A stretch of 63,903 nucleotides of DNA, counting the filler, from Collodictyon triciliatum (lineage: Eukaryota): the NCBI GenBank assembly GCA_043381765.1. It is 5 parts of 5 records of this genome, joined end to end, with 100 filler letters (N's around TTAATTAATTAA, not from the genome) between each part and the next. Parts side by side here need not be neighbours in the genome. Positions count along the whole stretch, not along the records: positions 13,238 to 26,368 come from JBHJMP010002049.1; positions 26,469 to 39,584 come from JBHJMP010002050.1; 3 more parts are not named here. The stretch is one strand, 5' to 3'. Every line of letters starts with the position of its first letter. Position 1 is the stretch's first letter. Positions 17,194 to 29,490 of the stretch are shown here, piece after piece. The notes below the pieces were generated by a model. It worked only from the letters and a program-made list of their open reading frames with translations, was not told the DNA's origin and searched no databases. A program made the translations under genes and the position numbers.

Positions 17194-20100
17194 TCAATTG
17201 ACCCATAGAACATCCTGAATTTATAACTAATATTCGTTTCAGTGCATCGTCGCATTGTGCAGATGAGACGCTTCAAGGTTTTCTTACGAATAACGAGAAT
17301 TGTTAAGAGAGTGTGCGTCAAACTAGTCAGAATCGGCAAAAAAGTTCGACGAGTTCGAGCAGCAACTACAATCCAAAAATGTTTGCATTCTTGTTTTATC
17401 ACATATGACTCGTACGTCTCCATTTATGTCTGTATATATGAGGCAATCACGGGTAATCCGTTTAAGCAAGAATTTTTGCATGTATGCTGGCTTATTTGTC
17501 GTGATTGATGGTATAGATTATCGTCGTTTCATCGAGCAAAAGCATTACAGTACACTGCGAAAATCAGCTATTGTCATACAATCACTCGTACGCCGATGGC
17601 TCGCTATTCGCAAATATCGTCCTCAAATCGAGGAAATCCGACGGCTCCGTTCTGAGGAGGAGGCGTAATTACTTTGCCGATTTTAAACATTACATCATAT
17701 TGTGTATGGTCGTTAATGGCATCTAGCTCGTTGAACTGTGCTTATCGGTAAAGAGCAGGAATTCGGGGCTATGAAATAATCATTCAAAATTTCTATTTGT
17801 ACTTAGCCGTATTCAACGTGAGAAAGTTGCCGAGTTTAGACGCCAAGAGTTGCTACGCATTCAGAAGCAACGAGAGGAGCAAGAACTACGTAGGAAGCAA
17901 GAGGAAGAGCGGAAAATTCGCGAGGAGGAAGAAAGGCAACGAAGAATCGAATGGGAAAAAGAACAAGAGGTGAAACAACATGAAATCGAATATCAATTGT
18001 TTGTTTATACAACTGGTTACAGAAAAGAGGGACATTCGTTCCATTTAACGTTGTAGCCATAGCCTAATGAGCCTTGCATTTTTTTATTTAAATTTGATAA
18101 CATAGCGCCTTCGAGCAGAAGCTGAGTTCAATGCCAAGATTGATGCGTGCGCCCAAGTGAAAGTTGATGCTGCACGTGTTGAGTTCCAAAAGAAGGAGAA
18201 TGAATTAACGGATAATGTATGATAGCTGTTTTGTGTTTAAAATATCTACTATATCATAAATACTGTGGGCGATTCATCACGAATATGTGTTGATGTTGAA
18301 AATAAGTCGATTTTGCTTTTTATCAATATTTTTAATGTGATATATGAGCTAAAAATAGTCATTTGGTTTCTTTTGCTCTTTTTTATTTTAATCTAGATTG
18401 CTAAACTCCAAGCGGAGCTCGACAAAAGGGCACAAGTTAGTCAGGGGGAGTTGGAAAAATTGCACAGCGAAGTACTTAAAGAGCACCTTTGTTTAAGGAT
18501 AAACACCAAATTATTCAGATACAGATATGACGACATTACTCATGGAAATACGATTCTTGTAGATCGAAAAAGCAAAACACGATCTGGAGCAAGAGAAAGA
18601 AGCTCGCAAACATGACCATCTTGCGATGCAAAATAAGGTTTGCTTCAATTTTCTGCTAGCCTAGGATACAGAAAAAAGAAAAAATTTTAAAAAAAAATTG
18701 AAAATGAATGCCGCATGGAAAATCGGAAAATGTACTGCGCATTAAATAGCACTATCTCAATTTATCATAGCTCAAATCGGCCAATGAGTACCACGAGACA
18801 AACGAAAAAAGATTGACAGAAAAACTTGAAGATATTACTGCCAAAGTTCACAAAAATTTCAATAAATCCTCTCATATGCGTCCCTATTTTTAAATAAGCC
18901 TAAATAATTGCTTAGAATAAACTCATGCAACAAGAGTATAAGGAGGTCAAAAAGAAGCACTCTCAGGAAATTGACGAAGCAGCTGAAAAGGTGCCAAGTT
19001 ATTGACGCATGGATCATAATTCATTTAATATACACAATTTACTATCAAAACACGGAACTCATTCACCCATTCATATCACGTCTTTTGTAATATACACGAT
19101 AATGGACATCATTCTTGTCAATTAAAGGTTAAGAGTATCGAGGCGAGCTTGGAAAAATGCACCCAAGACTTCACATCCAAAATTGACCAGCAGAAGATAG
19201 AGTTTGAATCGAAGGTCTGTTTTTCTCCCGGCATTTCCCAGACGTATATAGCACGTGTGCGTGTGTAGTCAATTCTTTGCTTCTTTGCACCAGATAAAAG
19301 AGCAGCAAGACGAGCACTCACATGCCATTAGCCAAAAGAATGTCGCAATTCATGGACTTGAATCTCGTGTATGCTTTGTAATCATATGCACATCACTATG
19401 TTCAAACTCATGTAGCTTGGAAATATTTTATGAGAAATTCTTTCAGAGATAGATTTTAATTTCTCTTTCGCCTAATAAAAGTTGCAAGTATCAAACAATG
19501 AACTAGAGGCAGCACGAGAAGCTCTCAAGCATGAGCAAGTAATCGGCTCAAAGAAGGTATGTATTTATTTGCGACGGGGGAGCTGGCGTATGGTTATATC
19601 AAGGTTGGTGTAACGTTTTAATATCTGGCCTTTTTTCTTTCTCTCTCTCTCTCTTTTTTTTTATTTGAGTAGATTTCTGAACTAGAAGAACAACTGAAGC
19701 AGACTATCGCTGAGAGTTCCAAAGAAATTCATTCTGCGAATCAGAATATTCACGGACTAAACCGAGAACTGGAAGAATTGAAACGACTTTACCAAAATCT
19801 TCTTGAGGAGGTTTCTTTTTTCTGTCCTTTTTTAATTTATATAACAAGGAAAGGAACATTGTTCTTTAATGCATGCGTACTTATTCATTTAAACATTCAG
19901 AATATCTATAAATATATATATGCCCACGGCTTTTTACCATGCATCCATTCTGTGATATGTGTCTAATCAATTAATTTTTTATATAAAAAAACCTGTCCAT
20001 AGAATGCGATTCTGAAGTCACAAGTGGATTCTTTGTCGAAGCAACTGAAACAAATCAAACTGGAAAAAGATACACTTGCCTTTGAATTGGAATCTACGAA

Positions 20101-23100
20101 ACAATCGGTCTGGCTATTTAAGACACTGTTGGAAAAAAATTATAAGAAACATCATAGAGGTGTTATGAATATGATCTCAAATTATATCTGAGGACATGCT
20201 TCCTATCATCTAGCTTCATAACCTTCAAGAGTCTTTTAAAAGACAAGAGGATGACCACCAAAGGTATAAGGAAAGAGCTCAGAAGGAGATAGACCAAAAC
20301 TTCCAAAGAGCCCAGGATCTACTGCTCAGGAATCAATCTTTGGAATCTAATGTACATATAGCTAACACCTGTCTTTTGTCTTTTGTCTTTTGTCTTTTGT
20401 CTTTTGTCTTTTGTCTTTTGTCTTTTGTCTTTTGTCTTTTGTCTTTTGTCTTTTGTCTTTTTCTTTTTCTTTCTTAGCAGACGTATTCGCATTCTGCTTT
20501 ATGTTATACAGATTTCATTTGTACTTGAAGAAAAACACTAAATATGATCAATTACTTATTCGTCCCAGATTTCAAAGTGGAAGCAGGACCGCGAGTTGGA
20601 AGAAGAAACATTAAAGACGCAGCAGCATGTGAAGGACCTAGAGCTTCAGAAACTGAATCTTAAGTTGGCAGAAATCACATCTGAGAATGCCCGCCTCCGT
20701 GAGACAGTGAGTGGCATGTTTTAAGTCGAGTTCATCGTATCTTACTCTGACACTCCTTTTTAAAAAAAATAATAATAAACAATCCAATATGTTTCACCAG
20801 CTGGATTCTACGAGCGCGACACTGGGAGAGAAGTCACGCGCTGCACTTTTGGCGGAGAAGAAGCTGACCGAGAGTAAATTCGACATGGACAGTGAGAAAG
20901 AGAGACTTGACATCCATAAAGGATTGCTGGAGAAACAAGTATATTATCGCCATATCGTCGAGTTCTATGATCATTTTTCTTTGTTTTTCTTTTCTGACTG
21001 ATGTATTCTACTTGAAGGTTGCGACTCTTCAAACTCAAATGAAGGAGCTCACTGTTTCATCGGCTTCCTTGCAACGAAAATTGGAAGAAGAGGTTGAAAA
21101 ACTACAATCACTGATTAAGGATTTGCAAATCGAGAACTCTGTGATGCAGCAGAAAGTAAGTGCCACTCTACTCTTAGTTCGAGCTGGAGGACAGTTAGAC
21201 TCTGGATTATTATTTTTTCTCAAACTGGATGCCCAATCTAGGCTGACACTGCAAAAATGGAGGCTGATCGCCACCGAATTGAGTCCGAGAGACAAGCACA
21301 CGCAAGAAAAAGTGCAGTCAATGAGCTGGAGACAGTTACTTCCGATGTAAGCAACTCAACGAGACATTACCATCCGAATTGATCCAAAAATAAATAAATT
21401 TCACTTCCTTTAATCGAAGGAAATGGTTTAATTACACTTTTTCTGAATTCCAATTTTCTAATTTTTGGTATGAAACTATTTAGATAAAAAAACATGCATC
21501 ATTTTAAAAATATTTCAAACTATTATCCCAGTTGGAAAGGTCAAAGGCCAAAATTCATCAGTTGCAAACAGAGGTGGAAAATCTTCGAGGTAGTGTAGAC
21601 GGAGACTCATCAGACCATTTGCACGATATTCAACGTTTTGAGGCCCATCATCAGATATTAAAAGCTGAAGTATAATTCTTTTGTTTTTGCTTTTGCTTTT
21701 GCTTTTGCTTTTGCTTTTGCTTTTGCTTTTGCTTTTGCTTTTGCTTTTGCTTTTGCTTTTGATTTTGCTTTTGATTTTGCTTTTGATTTTGCTTTTGATT
21801 TTGATTTTGCTTTTTTCTTAATCATCTTGCCAGGGACATGTCACTGTATTTAAAAATGATATAATCATTTGATATATTATGATTAAATTCACAATTTAGC
21901 CTTATTTAAAATTATATATTACTTGCGTGGTACTCACAAATAGTATATTTATTCTCCTCGCCACTGTATATCCGTCCCCAAAATGTATTCCACAGAATGA
22001 CCAGCTTCGAAAGGATTTGTTTGATGCTGAGCAAAAGACTAAAGAGTCAGATAGCTATGTGCTGAAGATTAAGCAAGAGCATGACTCTGCTGTTTCAAAA
22101 CTGGTGCTCGAAAAGACTCTAGCTGAAGCCTCGGTGAACATCCGTTAAACTCATACATTTACACCTTTCGTTTTATCTGCGCATTTTGCGCTGTCTTTAT
22201 CGAGCTGCAATCTGACTCTTCTTGATTGATAATCGTAGATGAACCGTTTACGAGAGAGTCTCTTTGAGCTGCAAGGTACAATCCAGCATCTCCAAAAGCA
22301 ACTGGAAGAAGAAATCAACTCCCATCAACGTGACCAAGACGAATTCGTTGCCGAAAAGGCTAGACTGGAGCGAAAGGTATGAATCCTTTTTCTTTTTCTC
22401 TTTTTTTTTAGAATGCTGCTTCAGGTTATTATTTTATTATTACATTTCATATCATCGAACCACTATATTTATTTATGTTTTATCTTTATATCTATCATGG
22501 TGAACTCAAACCGAATTTACTAATGCTCATATCCAATTATTTATTCTCGTGGTATCTCCATCAACAAAGGCACAGCAAATGATAGACTCCATCTACCGTG
22601 AATCACAACAAATGGAACGACCAGAACGCCGTTCACGAGACTTAACTGCAGTTCTTCCTGTGTCTGCTGAGCTCAACCAGCAAATCAGTGCACTTACTTC
22701 AAAGGTTTTTATTCTATTTTATTTTATTCCTTAATAGTATGTTAGACAATCGAAATGGGGAGCAGATTTTTGAAAGGCCTTTATTAAACTATTCACGGTC
22801 ACACAAAAGAATTCTGCGCTAAGTGAGAAGCTGAAGGAGGCCCAAACAAGTCTTGGAAATCTGCAAAAGAAATCTGCCGAAGAAATCAGAGAGCTTCAGG
22901 CTGAGAAAAATAAGCTAGAAATAGAAAAGGATGTCATCCAAACTCAGCTTACCGAGGCCACTCAAAAGGCACTCATTTTCTTTTTGTATCATACATCATT
23001 AGTTGTAATTTGATACCATCTGACTTAAAAAAAAAAGTAATATAGAACTTACGCTTTCAAATTGAAGTGACAAAAATTCAAATTGTATTTATGTAATTTT

Positions 23101-25313
23101 ACATGTTTTTTGTTTATTTTTTGTTACATTGTTGGGTTTTTAGGCTCGCGACCATCAGAAGAGTGCGAGTGATAATCGACAAAAGCTAGAAAACTACATT
23201 CGTGCCAGTTCACGAGAGCGAAGCGAAGCTATCCAACTAATCATAAGCCTTGAAGGAATGGTAAGTGATATTTGCACCGAGGAGATACTTGAACAACAGC
23301 ACCTTCAAACATTCTTATACAGCTATTTCCAACTTTTCATAATGTTTTGTTTTTGAGTGATAGTTTGTTGAGTAAAATATATTTTGCTCAGGTGAAATCA
23401 CTCGAGCAGTCGCTCGTTTCCAAGGAAGAAGAATGGAAGGAAGTTGTTTTGGACTTGGAGGATGCTGATGATTATATTGATGAGTTGCTTCTCTTACTAG
23501 AGAACGTGAAACACAAACCAACGTCTCGCGATGTACTCTTTCCTACTCTTTTTTTTTTCTACATACGTTTATACATCTTATGAAAGTAAATGGCCCTATC
23601 TAGACCACAAAAAAAAAGTATACTAATGAAAATATTGCCTTTAGTTCAACATTGAGAATGAACCCACATCCCAAGACCAGGAGGCATCTCTGTTTGTTGC
23701 GCAACAAGTTCGCCAAATTGAGGAGAAATACGGAGCGAAGATTCGCGACCTTTATGTCCTTCGGCTGACTCTCGAAAAAAAGGTTTATTTTCATATTGTG
23801 GTTTAATTCATACTGTCGGTAAATTCATATTTACAATAACTTGGGGCTTATGCGGAAAGTATATATGCAAAGAAGGGATGTGGTGGAATCTGTTTTATTT
23901 TTTTTTTATCTAATCATAGTATCTGGTAATATAGATGAATACAGCAAAGTCTGAAATTTGTGAACTAATCGAACGGTTCAATCACGTCTGTGCGCTGGAG
24001 AGACCTGAATGGCAAACCATTCAAGGATTGAGTCACGAAGTTTGTTGCTATCGCTGATAAGGAAGACGAAGGAAAAAATAATTCCGCTATACTAATTGTA
24101 TGAAACTGCACTAACATACCCCAAAATACAAAAGGTCCATCAAATCGTCGTTGAATTAGAGACTGTGCAACGCTCTCTTGCATATTCTCTCTCACCTGAA
24201 GAGGAGAATCAGCTCGTTGATAAATTTGTGCACTCGTTGTTGGATGAGAATCACCAACTCAGATCGAAGGTATGTCTCTGGGATTCCCTGTGTTCGTTCT
24301 TTATTGTCTTTTTTGTAATTTTACCTGTTTATTCTTTTTTGTTTCTTGTATTATTTTATTTCGGGAATGTACCCTTAACTTTACTGGTGCATTCTGTAGG
24401 TTTCTGAGCCCGTCTCTAAAGAGGTTTGCAAACAACTAGAGTTGATTGACAGGCGGTTCGGTGCAATTAAATCAGCAGCACAAGACACCCTTGGCCGAGT
24501 TCAGTTGATGAACGAGGATGTTGTAAGTTGATTGATACTTTTGCTCGATTGGTTATTGATAAGAATGCAACATCATCTCTCTTTTACAAAAGCTAATAAT
24601 TACAAACTTTCATATCATCACATGGCTATACTTACAACCCCTGCTAGAATAAGCACAGGAGTTCGCCTATATCTGGTTTGTGGGTTGCAATTGTGTTATT
24701 GTATTATTATTTTTTTAAAAAAAAAAAACGCACACAGTTAATTTTAGCCTCTCCACTATCTCATTTGCATCTTTCGACTCTACTTTATCTATAAATGTAT
24801 ATATGACATCGTGGCGCTGTAGATTTGACTGCTCTGCTCAGCCGGCTGTCGCAGGAGCACCAGCTCATTATCCAAATCTTGCAACAGGCTCTTGGCGCTC
24901 CATTCCCATCATCCCTTGTCATCTATCAGTATTATCACGGCATCATTACCTATGAGGAGCTTCTTGCTCTTTCCCGTGCTCGTGGTGGAGCCTCCTATCA
25001 TTCCGGTGGAGAACAATCAGCTCTTTCGACTCCAACCCCGACGTCTGCCTCTCTGGTTGCACACCCATCCTACCCAATCTACGTTCTGCCCTTTACAAAC
25101 CCGGTCTTTCTGGCCCAGTTCCCTGTCCCGCCAAGTTATATTCCCCACGGCACCTTTGGAGCGCCTCGTTCGGTGGTGATTGCCGCAGATAATCCATCGC
25201 CCTCTGCACACTATGTCCGTCGTGCTCGTAGACTAAAAAATGTGGTGGTTGGCCAACGCTTATCTGTTGGACAAGGAGAGGAGGTTGTCGTGGTGGATGA
25301 AGGACGAAAGTGA
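13364..25313 (+). CDS. Unconventional myosin heavy chain with class VI-like motor, IQ motifs, ER/K (SAH-like) helix, long coiled coil and a unique C-terminal segment; 5' truncated
   Basis: P-loop [64 protein letters not shown], converter [28 protein letters not shown], many coiled-coil exons; stop TGA 25311-25313. Confidence 0.95.
15663..15722 (-). mobile_element. Retroposon 3'-end stub, family A, with 16-bp TSD
   Basis: cggagaagtRagcttt at 15663-15678 and 15707-15722 flanks an insert whose reverse complement is ACTTTAAATCGAATAAAGGGAAG plus an A-tail. Confidence 0.75.
15747..15848. repeat. (CTTTTT)n microsatellite, intronic
   Basis: Direct inspection. Confidence 0.9.
20370..20460. repeat. 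(TGTCTTT)n 7-mer tandem repeat, intronic
   Basis: Direct inspection. Confidence 0.9.
21685..21812. repeat. (TTTTGC/TTTTGA)n microsatellite, intronic
   Basis: Direct inspection. Confidence 0.9.
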
Positions 25314-26368
25314 AGCATTTTCAGACCCTTTTATTGATAGCCGTCACTTTTTATTACTGCCATCCTCTTGCTCTCGTCGAAGGAATAAATATAAAAAAAA
25401 AACCCTGATTAGTTTGGTCGAAATCACCATCAGAATGTGATTAGCCAGAATAGTGTGTTGAGCTGTAATAAACGGGATTTTCTTTTTAAAAGTCGTTTTG
25501 TTTTCTCCATGTAATTATAGTAAAAGGAAAGCATAAATAAAATAGAGGAACAATAATATCTTCCTGAGGAAAATCAAAATGCAATTGCATCGGAAGTGCC
25601 TTGGTGCATTTTGTTGCAGGGGTACGGAAGGGATGAAGGCTCAGCCCGATGGAAAGAAACAAGTACCCTGGGGTCCATTATATCTAGCGCGTATTTGACA
25701 TTATGAAGCAATGTTCCACCGCTTGTTCAGTCCAGCATATTCTTGCCTTAAGACATTGGGCCGCAGTCTTGTAAATATTGCTATGTGATGTGAATGTTTG
25801 AATCGTTCAAAAAGGAACCGTGTTTACCGAGACATAATAGCAGTTTGATGGTAGGGCGGTGGGTCTGAGCCAAGCAATTTAAACACCACTTTCCAGGAGA
25901 ATGAAACGAAAGCTTCTGTCTTGTATGACAAATTGTCTTTGAACAAAGCTTCACATGGTTTGCTCTATTATTGAAAGGCAAGATAGCATTTCCTCAACGC
26001 AGGACATAGCATAAGATAGGTGTTTCACCTGTTTTCTTCCATTTGAAAAAAATAATTAGCAAACCTGGAAGGAAGGCAACCAGAGTGAAAAGTACGAGCA
26101 GAACACTGGATTCATGATTTCAAACAATGTAACTCGCGTCTGTGCAGCGGAATATTTGCTGTGCCAAGTGATAGTTCTTTCCGAAGATTTGAACGTATTC
26201 ATCACAAACCAGGCCGGACATAAAATCGAATCAACTCCGGTTGAAGTTTGGAACCTCAATCAGCCTTATTCGCTGTGCATCTAAATTCCTATAGGTTTTT
26301 TTGTTTTTGTTTTTTTTTGTTTTTTTGTTTTTTTGTTTTTTTTTGTTTTTTTTTTTTTTTTTTTTTTT

Positions 26369-26468
26369 NNNNNNNNNNNNNNNNNNNNNNNNNNNNNNNN
26401 NNNNNNNNNNNNTTAATTAATTAANNNNNNNNNNNNNNNNNNNNNNNNNNNNNNNNNNNNNNNNNNNN
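26369..26468. other. Artificial contig spacer
   Basis: N44-TTAATTAATTAA-N44. Confidence 0.97.
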
Positions 26469-26568
26469 ACATACATACATACATACATACATACATACAT
26501 ACATACATACATACATACATACATACATACATACATACATACATACATACATACATACATACATACAT
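26469..26568. repeat. (ACAT)n microsatellite at contig start
   Basis: Direct inspection. Confidence 0.95.
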
Positions 26569-26940
26569 AGCCCTTGAGAAAAGATCTTTTGCGGGACTTG
26601 TTTGCCTGAATTAAAAAAACTGGATCAACAAATTCTAATAATTTTTCCCTTATTGATTCAAAGTGTGGAGTTACATCAGCAGCTGCAAATTAACAAACGC
26701 AAGAATATCCCACCTGTGCGCACGAACAAGAAATTAAAATAAATATTACTAACAATAAAAGGAGGCACTCGCTGCACTTTGAAACGAATAAAGGAAAAAA
26801 ACAACAAAAAGAGGTTATTTTTCTTTTCTCTTTGGCTATTCTATGAAACAAAGCCACGAGATAGTAGAAAGAAAGGAGGAACTCATTCAATGACAAAATT
26901 AGTCTTGAAAGTTGAAGCGTTCAGAAGCAGGGGAAAAAAA

Positions 26941-28126
26941 ATGTCGAATGCTCCACTCTGCTACAACCTCCGAGGTTTCTGGGTTTGTTCGTCAATAAAT
27001 GAAGGCTTTTCGCCCTCCTAAATGACGCTGCACATCATATTATTTGTCTTCAAGTGGTTTATTCTTCTCTAATGGGCTTCGATGATCTTGGTTGAATACC
27101 TCATTCCCTTTAGCACTATTATTTTTGACACATACCTACCTTTTGTAGTAGCAGCGTCTTCTTTTTTCTTTTCTTTCTCCTTACTCATTTTCTATTCCTT
27201 TTTGTATATTTATTCATATTTCCATACCGACCAATATGTTAATCGGAAAAGGTGGGTAACTATGCAACCCATGGCGATGAAATGGTTAGGATTGATGAGA
27301 TCGCGAACGGAGATGGCACTTTCTTGTACAAGGGTAACAATCACATGCTTCATTTAATCTCAATTCATTTATGACATAGTATTCTTTATTTGAGTTGATG
27401 TCGCTTAAAAGACCAGGATGATACTTGCCCAATCTAAGAGGACAGGCCGGGGTTATTGAATAAAGATCCTCCGCAATTATTTGAATACTTTGAATTCTTT
27501 TAGTAAATTAAAAAATTGTTCTATCTTCGCTCTTTGTATCCCATCTTGTAGCCGTGAAAGTCAATGGAGACAGTCATGTTCCTGCAGGTGAAGTGACCTT
27601 TGAAGTGACACTTTCCACAACTCTTCAAAAAGGCCAAATCACAACGAAATTCCATTCAGCGCGGGGACAAATTGCCGGCCCGGTTTGTGATCTCCATACC
27701 CCAGAGCCTAATGCACTTTTTTTTTTAAATCTAGTTTTTTTTTAAAAAAAAAATATATTAGATTTGGAGACTTTTTCCTTTATTGATTTAACAGCTAATC
27801 CATTTTGTATTTTGTAATCATACAACCACTTTCTGCAATTGAAAATACCTTGCAGAATTTTCAGAGTCCTCAGTGGGTTTGTGCTGCCGATTAGACAATC
27901 ATATCCAGTTCTACAACTCAATATGCGTGATGGAACCCGAACATTTCTATCGACTTTGGTTTTGTGGCGCAATTTTTTTTTTCATTTTATTCTCATACCT
28001 CAACATCCATAGGTGAACGGCTCCATCGTGATCATAGACGCCAATACCTTTGATTTCAATTGGCAAGGAATAGGCTCCAGCAGATTTCGCTCATCGCAAA
28101 TCACCCCCTCAATTCCACTCCTATAA
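26941..28126 (+). CDS. Small stand-alone DUF3506/cyclin-D1-binding domain protein (FBXO31/EXECUTER C-terminal-like); 5 exons
   Basis: Spliced product MSNAPLCYNLRGFW-VGNYATHGDEMVRI...KAVKVNGDSHVPAGEVTFEV...RGQIAGP-NFQSPQW-VNGSIVIIDANTFDFNW...* fits the GxYGxHGxE / KxxGDxxVPAG / GxIAxxGFxxPxW pattern. Confidence 0.8.
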
Positions 28127-29015
28127 ACAAACCATTTGACCAAATCTACTGAAAGTTATTTGGATTCAATATCCTTTATAAGGTTTTCTTATCTTTTTTG
28201 CTATTATTATTGTTGTTATTATTCGTTTCAAAGAGCTCGCTCCGCCTTATTAGTAGTTTGTTGTACTCAAAGGTTGGTGGCAGCTGGCGCTTTGGTCGTC
28301 GGTGTGTCTCGGTGCATAACCTGTGTTGTAAAGGGATTTGGTCATGTGACCTTTTTAGCTTTCTGGGTCGGCTGCGTCGGCCTTCTTGGTTTGCGTACGG
28401 TCAGTAGGCATTCATAGGGGCAGGGCTGTGGCGTCGGTCTCGTCCTTCTCGGGCTCCTTCTTTCCGATCGCCTGCTTGTTTTTTTTTTTTTTTTTTTTCC
28501 CGGCTTCAGAATGCAACGGGTTGGGAGAAGGAAGGAACGCCAGTGTATAATGATATTATTTTCTGGAGAACGGTCTTTTTTTCTCTCCATGTGCGCTTGT
28601 TTCTCGGCAATGCAGACTTTTTCTCTATTATTATGTTTTTTCTTTTTTATTGTTCCTCCCAAACCTGTTTCTCTCAGCGCGAACACCTCATTTATCCACA
28701 TTGTGGGGTATGGAATAGATCAACCTTGGAATTTCGTCTCACGAAAGAGAAACAAAGAAACAAAGAAACAAACATAGACTGCAAATTGATTGCATAAATG
28801 ATGATTATGTGCGTCCATAATATAATTTATCTTCGTAATTGTAAATTCCATATTTGAGCACAACGTTCAAAAACGTTTAAATCAACCACCAGCAAAAAGG
28901 CCGGAGCAACATCCAGTCGGCTGGGGGTAGTTGCCTGAGTCGACAACCCAACCACACAGACAAGAACCACACAAAGCGAAGTAAATGAAACGAAGCAAGA
29001 TCAAACAAAAAAAAA

Positions 29016-29075
<60 letters not shown>

Positions 29076-29490
29076 AAAACAGAAAACAGAAAACAAAAAC
29101 CAAACAGAAAAAAGAAAAATGAGAGTGGTTGTGTATCATGTAAATATGACGGATGCGCAAGGGAAGGCACAAAACGGGGCGCCATCGTGGGAGATTGAAC
29201 TTGACCTCTTCGCATAGCAATTCTTTGTAGAGATTCAAGCAAACACCTTCCTCTGAAGCCCACAGGAACGCTGAGTGATCTCGACTCACGCGAAATTCTT
29301 CTCCGTCTCTTCGTTCCGCGCAGGAATTCTTCCTTCATCAACCGCGGTATACTTCGCCAAAGCTGTCAAACACGCGCAAAGAGAAGACTCTAGCTCTCCG
29401 AGGGCAGTGCATCAGCAAAGACAACAATCTCCAAAACAGAGGGCAAATCATTGTAGCATCTCTTGGGCACACCAGAAAGATAAGGACAGA

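Noticed and set aside
13364-25313. Annotation as conventional myosin II because of the long coiled coil
   Set aside because: P-loop context ([12 protein letters not shown]), converter and post-converter sequence resemble class VI, and the rod modules are 25/46 residues rather than 28.
25560-26290. Possible minus-strand gene downstream of the myosin
   Set aside because: Only short ORFs with upstream in-frame stops; no motif or consistent splice model.
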